This document shows, piece by piece, positions 63,423 to 64,000 of a stretch of DNA of 64,000 nt. The position numbers were made by a program, and so were the translations under genes. Position 1 is the stretch's first letter, and every line of letters begins with the position of its first letter. This DNA is from an uncultured Planctomycetaceae bacterium (GTDB lineage Bacteria > Planctomycetota > Planctomycetia > Pirellulales > PALSA-1355), in contig CAWAUV010000002.1 in assembly GCA_963785305.1 (NCBI GenBank), forward strand, positions 32,001 to 96,000, in the 5' to 3' direction. The notes beneath the pieces are model-generated. The model ran no database searches. It had not been told where the DNA came from and worked only from the letters and a program-made list of their open reading frames with translations.

Positions 63423-64000
63423 CTACAACCCGATCTTCCTACCGATCACTTCCGCAAGCGAGTGAAATTCGTGGTAGCAGTTCTGCACGCCCTTGGCGTG
63501 GCCACTCAGGGCCCCATCGGCCGGCTTGAGAAAGAACATCGGCTTTCGGGCGTCGTGGGCAAGCGGCATGAGGCTGCGATAGTTTCGTAGCGACGCCAAG
63601 CAATTTGGATCGTCATCAAGCGATGAGCGATTGTCGACCGCTTCGCCGAGCACCGCGGATTGATAGATGTCCGGGATGCGACGCGTCCAACGCTCGAATG
63701 CTCGGGCGGGACGATCCAGCCGCACCGCGTGCTGCATTACAACATAGCCAATGGGCGCCATCTTGCCGGACGGAAGGGCCAAATGGGGATCAGTCGGTTT
63801 CCGGTCCAAGCGGTCTTGCCATCGAGACCGCCACTCACGCAGCGAAGGCCCCAAGTTCTTCAGCCCTTGCAGGGAGAACAAATCGGCGGCAAGCGGAACG
63901 CAAACATGATCCGCCGCCAATATCGCCGATCGATTCAGATCGCCCAAGTTGGGCCCCACGTCGATAAGCACCAGATCGGCGCCGTGCGACTGCGCGGCGG
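63423..64000 (-). CDS. ParA/Soj-family ATPase (partial)
   Basis: LVLIDVGPNLG..NR, DLFSLQGL.NLG, YRSLMP.A..ARKPMF. Confidence 0.85.
   Translation of the reverse strand, partial: AAQSHGADLVLIDVGPNLGDLNRSAILAADHVCVPLAADLFSLQGLKNLGPSLREWRSRWQDRLDRKPTDPHLALPSGKMAPIGYVVMQHAVRLDRPARAFERWTRRIPDIYQSAVLGEAVDNRSSLDDDPNCLASLRNYRSLMPLAHDARKPMFFLKPADGALSGHAKGVQNCYHEFHSLAEVIGRKIGL

Overview
High-GC chromosomal window, most consistent with a planctomycete: it carries mch plus a RimK-like C1 gene, DUF1080, GYF_2 proteins, an ECF sigma factor paired with a Ser/Thr kinase, and Gld-type ABC genes. Core blocks are the rhodanese/CoA-disulfide reductase genes, lysA, htpG, natAB-CPBP, a PaaK-like ligase, ffs-dnaX-recR-rpoN-nrdR, mch-rimK, gldAFG-like genes, pfk, a ferredoxin and parA. 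These alternate with accessory blocks: a penta-heme cytochrome plus beta-propeller, an orphan Rhs toxin/immunity cassette, a GYF-domain operon with a divergent ECF/kinase pair, a PL4 lyase and a PepSY_TM protein. Accessory blocks are bordered by three copies of a RAYT-like HUH(Y1) element with a covarying end hairpin and reiterated termini, by two IS701-like copies set among REP-carrying MITEs, and by IS3 and ISKra4-like insertions with clean target duplications. Many conserved genes carry single-base indels, which most likely reflect uncorrected long-read errors. All family assignments come from motif recognition by eye, not from database searches.
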